From Squalus acanthias (Eukaryota), in the NCBI GenBank assembly GCA_030390025.1, contig CM059431.1:115384001-115448000 (forward strand): a DNA stretch of 64,000 nucleotides, written 5' to 3'. Shown piece by piece: positions 62,223-64,000 of the stretch (positions are counted from its first letter, which is position 1; each line of letters opens with the position of its first letter). The position numbers and the translations under genes are program-made. The notes under the pieces are model-generated. The model was given only the letters and a program-made list of their open reading frames with translations, made no database searches and was not told the origin of the DNA.

Positions 62223-64000
62223 GGGGTAAAAATTCAGTTGGTTGCGCCTCCCGTTAGCGCCTTAAGAGGGCGCTAATGGGGCGCAAAGCCGCTAACACCC
62301 GGGCGCAGCGATGTTTGCGCCGCTCGGGAACTTAACTTGAGATTGTGCGGCGGCGCTAAAACTTACCGCTGCGACCACCTGCGCGCGCAGATTGTGACGT
62401 CATTCCATGGTGCAACGCCCTTGTGGCGCCCCGGAGCGGAAATTGAGTGGCGCCCCCTGCCTTACCGCCTGGCGCTTCCAACGACCGGAAGACTGGAACA
62501 CTATCAATCGCTGTGGGGCTGGGGGGGCGCTATTTAAAGGGGGCCTCTTCCTGTCTTTTTCTGTGGTCGACATTTTTGCACCACTCGTTCTGAGAGAGAG
62601 AGAGAGATTCGGAGAGAGAGAAAGAGAGACTTCTACATTGACTCAACGCTTTGTGAGGTAGTTTTGCCTATTGATCCTAACTTCGCTGGTACTTTAGTTG
62701 CTGTCCTTCATTACTTTGCTTGCAAAGAGAATATGGGGGCTGCACTGATTGGGGGCGTCGTCCTGCTCCAGCTGAATCGGAGGATACAGAGACGCAGAGA
62801 GAGAGTGGCAATGATGGCCAGACGGAGGAGGGCCATCAGGCGTATGTACAGGAGAGCTTACCCTCCCAGGGTATATCGTGAACAGCTCTCCTACATCCAT
62901 ATGTCTGAGGAGCTGTGTTTGCGAAGGCTGCGATTCAGCAAGGAGGTGGTCACTGAGCTCTGCCACCTGCTGCAGCCAGATCTGCAGCCTCAACTGAGGT
63001 CCAGGACGTCTCTGTCGGTGGCAGTGAAGGTCACAGTGGCTCTCAACTTTTACGCTACTGGCTCATTTCAAGCTGCTGCTGGGGACCTCGCCAATATCTC
63101 CCAGTTCGCGGTGCATTGCTGCATCCGGCAGGTCACAAATGCCCTCTTTAAAAGGAGACGAGAGTTCATCTCTTTCCCCATGACCCCAGACAAGCAGCGT
63201 GACCGCGCTCTGGGCTTTGCGAGGGTAGCGGGCTTCCCCATGGTGCAGGGCGCCATTGACTGCACGCATGTGGCTTTGCGTGCTCCGCATGAGAATGCCG
63301 AGGATTTCAGGAACAGAAAGGGGTTCCATTCCTTGAATGTTCAGTTGGTCTGTGACCACAGACAGCTGATACTCACTGTCAATGCCCAGTATCCTGGCAG
63401 CTGCCACGATGCTTTTATCCTGCGCCAGACTACTGTGGCAGAACTTTTCGAGGCACCGCATCAGCCAGTTGGTTGGCTTCTGGGGGACAAGGGGTATGCA
63501 TTGAGCACCTGGCTGATGACACCGCTCCGTACGCCCAACACCCCTGCTGAGCTGCGGTACAATGAGAGCCATCAAGCTACCAGGAACATAATTGAGCGCA
63601 CAATCGGCGTGCTGAAGCAACGGTTCCGCTGTCTCGACCATTCTGGAGGAGCCCTGCAGTACTCGCCTGAGCGAGTATCGAACTTCGTAGTCGTGTGCTG
63701 CATGTTGCATAACATGGCAATCCTCAGGACCCAGCCAATGCCACCAGGCCTTGGAGCACCACCAGAGGAGGAGGAGGAAGAGGAGGAAGAGGACGAGGAG
63801 GATGATCATCAGCAGCACCAAGGCGGGAGGGCAGCCCACAATGGTCAAACTGCAAGGGCCGTCCGTCAACGGCTAATAGCAAGCCGCTTCTAGGGCCCCT
63901 GCCATTGCTAACAACATTAATGAACCCAGCACGCAACCCCTAAGCCGGCCAAGGCACCAATAATTCCAACCACCAACCATGTATATTTTGAATACAGAAA
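62223..64000 (+). mobile_element. Harbinger element F, left part (continues beyond the window)
   Basis: TIR GGGGTAAAAATTCAGT; subterminal TTAGCGCC/GGCGCTAA palindromes; CTATTTAAAGG TATA-like box at ~62530; intact transposase. Confidence 0.92.
62733..63893 (+). CDS. Intact PIF/Harbinger DDE transposase (HARBI1-like family), 386 aa from the first ATG
   Basis: Uninterrupted ORF; Arg-rich N-terminus, HTH-like VAVKVTVALNFYATGSFQ, catalytic GAIDCTH, GDKGY, IERTIGVLK, plus HDA and CCMLHN; ATG position homologous to element B (MGAVL). Confidence 0.92.
   Translation: MGAALIGGVVLLQLNRRIQRRRERVAMMARRRRAIRRMYRRAYPPRVYREQLSYIHMSEELCLRRLRFSKEVVTELCHLLQPDLQPQLRSRTSLSVAVKVTVALNFYATGSFQAAAGDLANISQFAVHCCIRQVTNALFKRRREFISFPMTPDKQRDRALGFARVAGFPMVQGAIDCTHVALRAPHENAEDFRNRKGFHSLNVQLVCDHRQLILTVNAQYPGSCHDAFILRQTTVAELFEAPHQPVGWLLGDKGYALSTWLMTPLRTPNTPAELRYNESHQATRNIIERTIGVLKQRFRCLDHSGGALQYSPERVSNFVVVCCMLHNMAILRTQPMPPGLGAPPEEEEEEEEEDEEDDHQQHQGGRAAHNGQTARAVRQRLIASRF

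Noticed and set aside
63063..63869. 268-aa antisense ORF (also 244 aa at 22385-23119)
   Set aside because: Shadow ORFs of the GC-rich transposase with no recognisable motifs; recurrence is explained by homology of the sense gene
62733..63893. Host gene HARBI1
   Set aside because: It has a TIR, subterminal repeats, a matching MITE and several related copies nearby, so it is a transposon ORF rather than the domesticated gene

Overview
Repeat-dominated eukaryotic DNA with no recognisable host gene, rRNA, tRNA gene or CRISPR array. The SINE complement (HE1/V-SINE-like, SacSINE1/Deu-domain-like) points to a cartilaginous fish (shark); this is an inference. Main contents: (1) PIF/Harbinger DNA transposons at all stages of decay. 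There is one apparently intact DDE transposase ORF (62733-63893), several decayed two-gene elements with a single-exon transposase facing a 3-exon Myb/SANT-like gene, and several TIR-bounded non-autonomous derivatives with 3-bp TSDs. (2) Two CR1-group LINE families plus L2 and possible L1/Tx1 fragments. (3) Several tRNA-derived SINE families. (4) Short Penelope-type elements carrying minimal hammerhead ribozyme folds; one is a clean 135-bp insertion with a 6-bp TSD, and two copies show compensatory base changes. Structural highlights are a five-level nested insertion (48761-55772), a ~2.7 kb LINE fold-back palindrome (56760-59430), and a LINE 5' region shared with a tRNA-headed element. All calls were made by eye; boundaries of decayed repeats are approximate.
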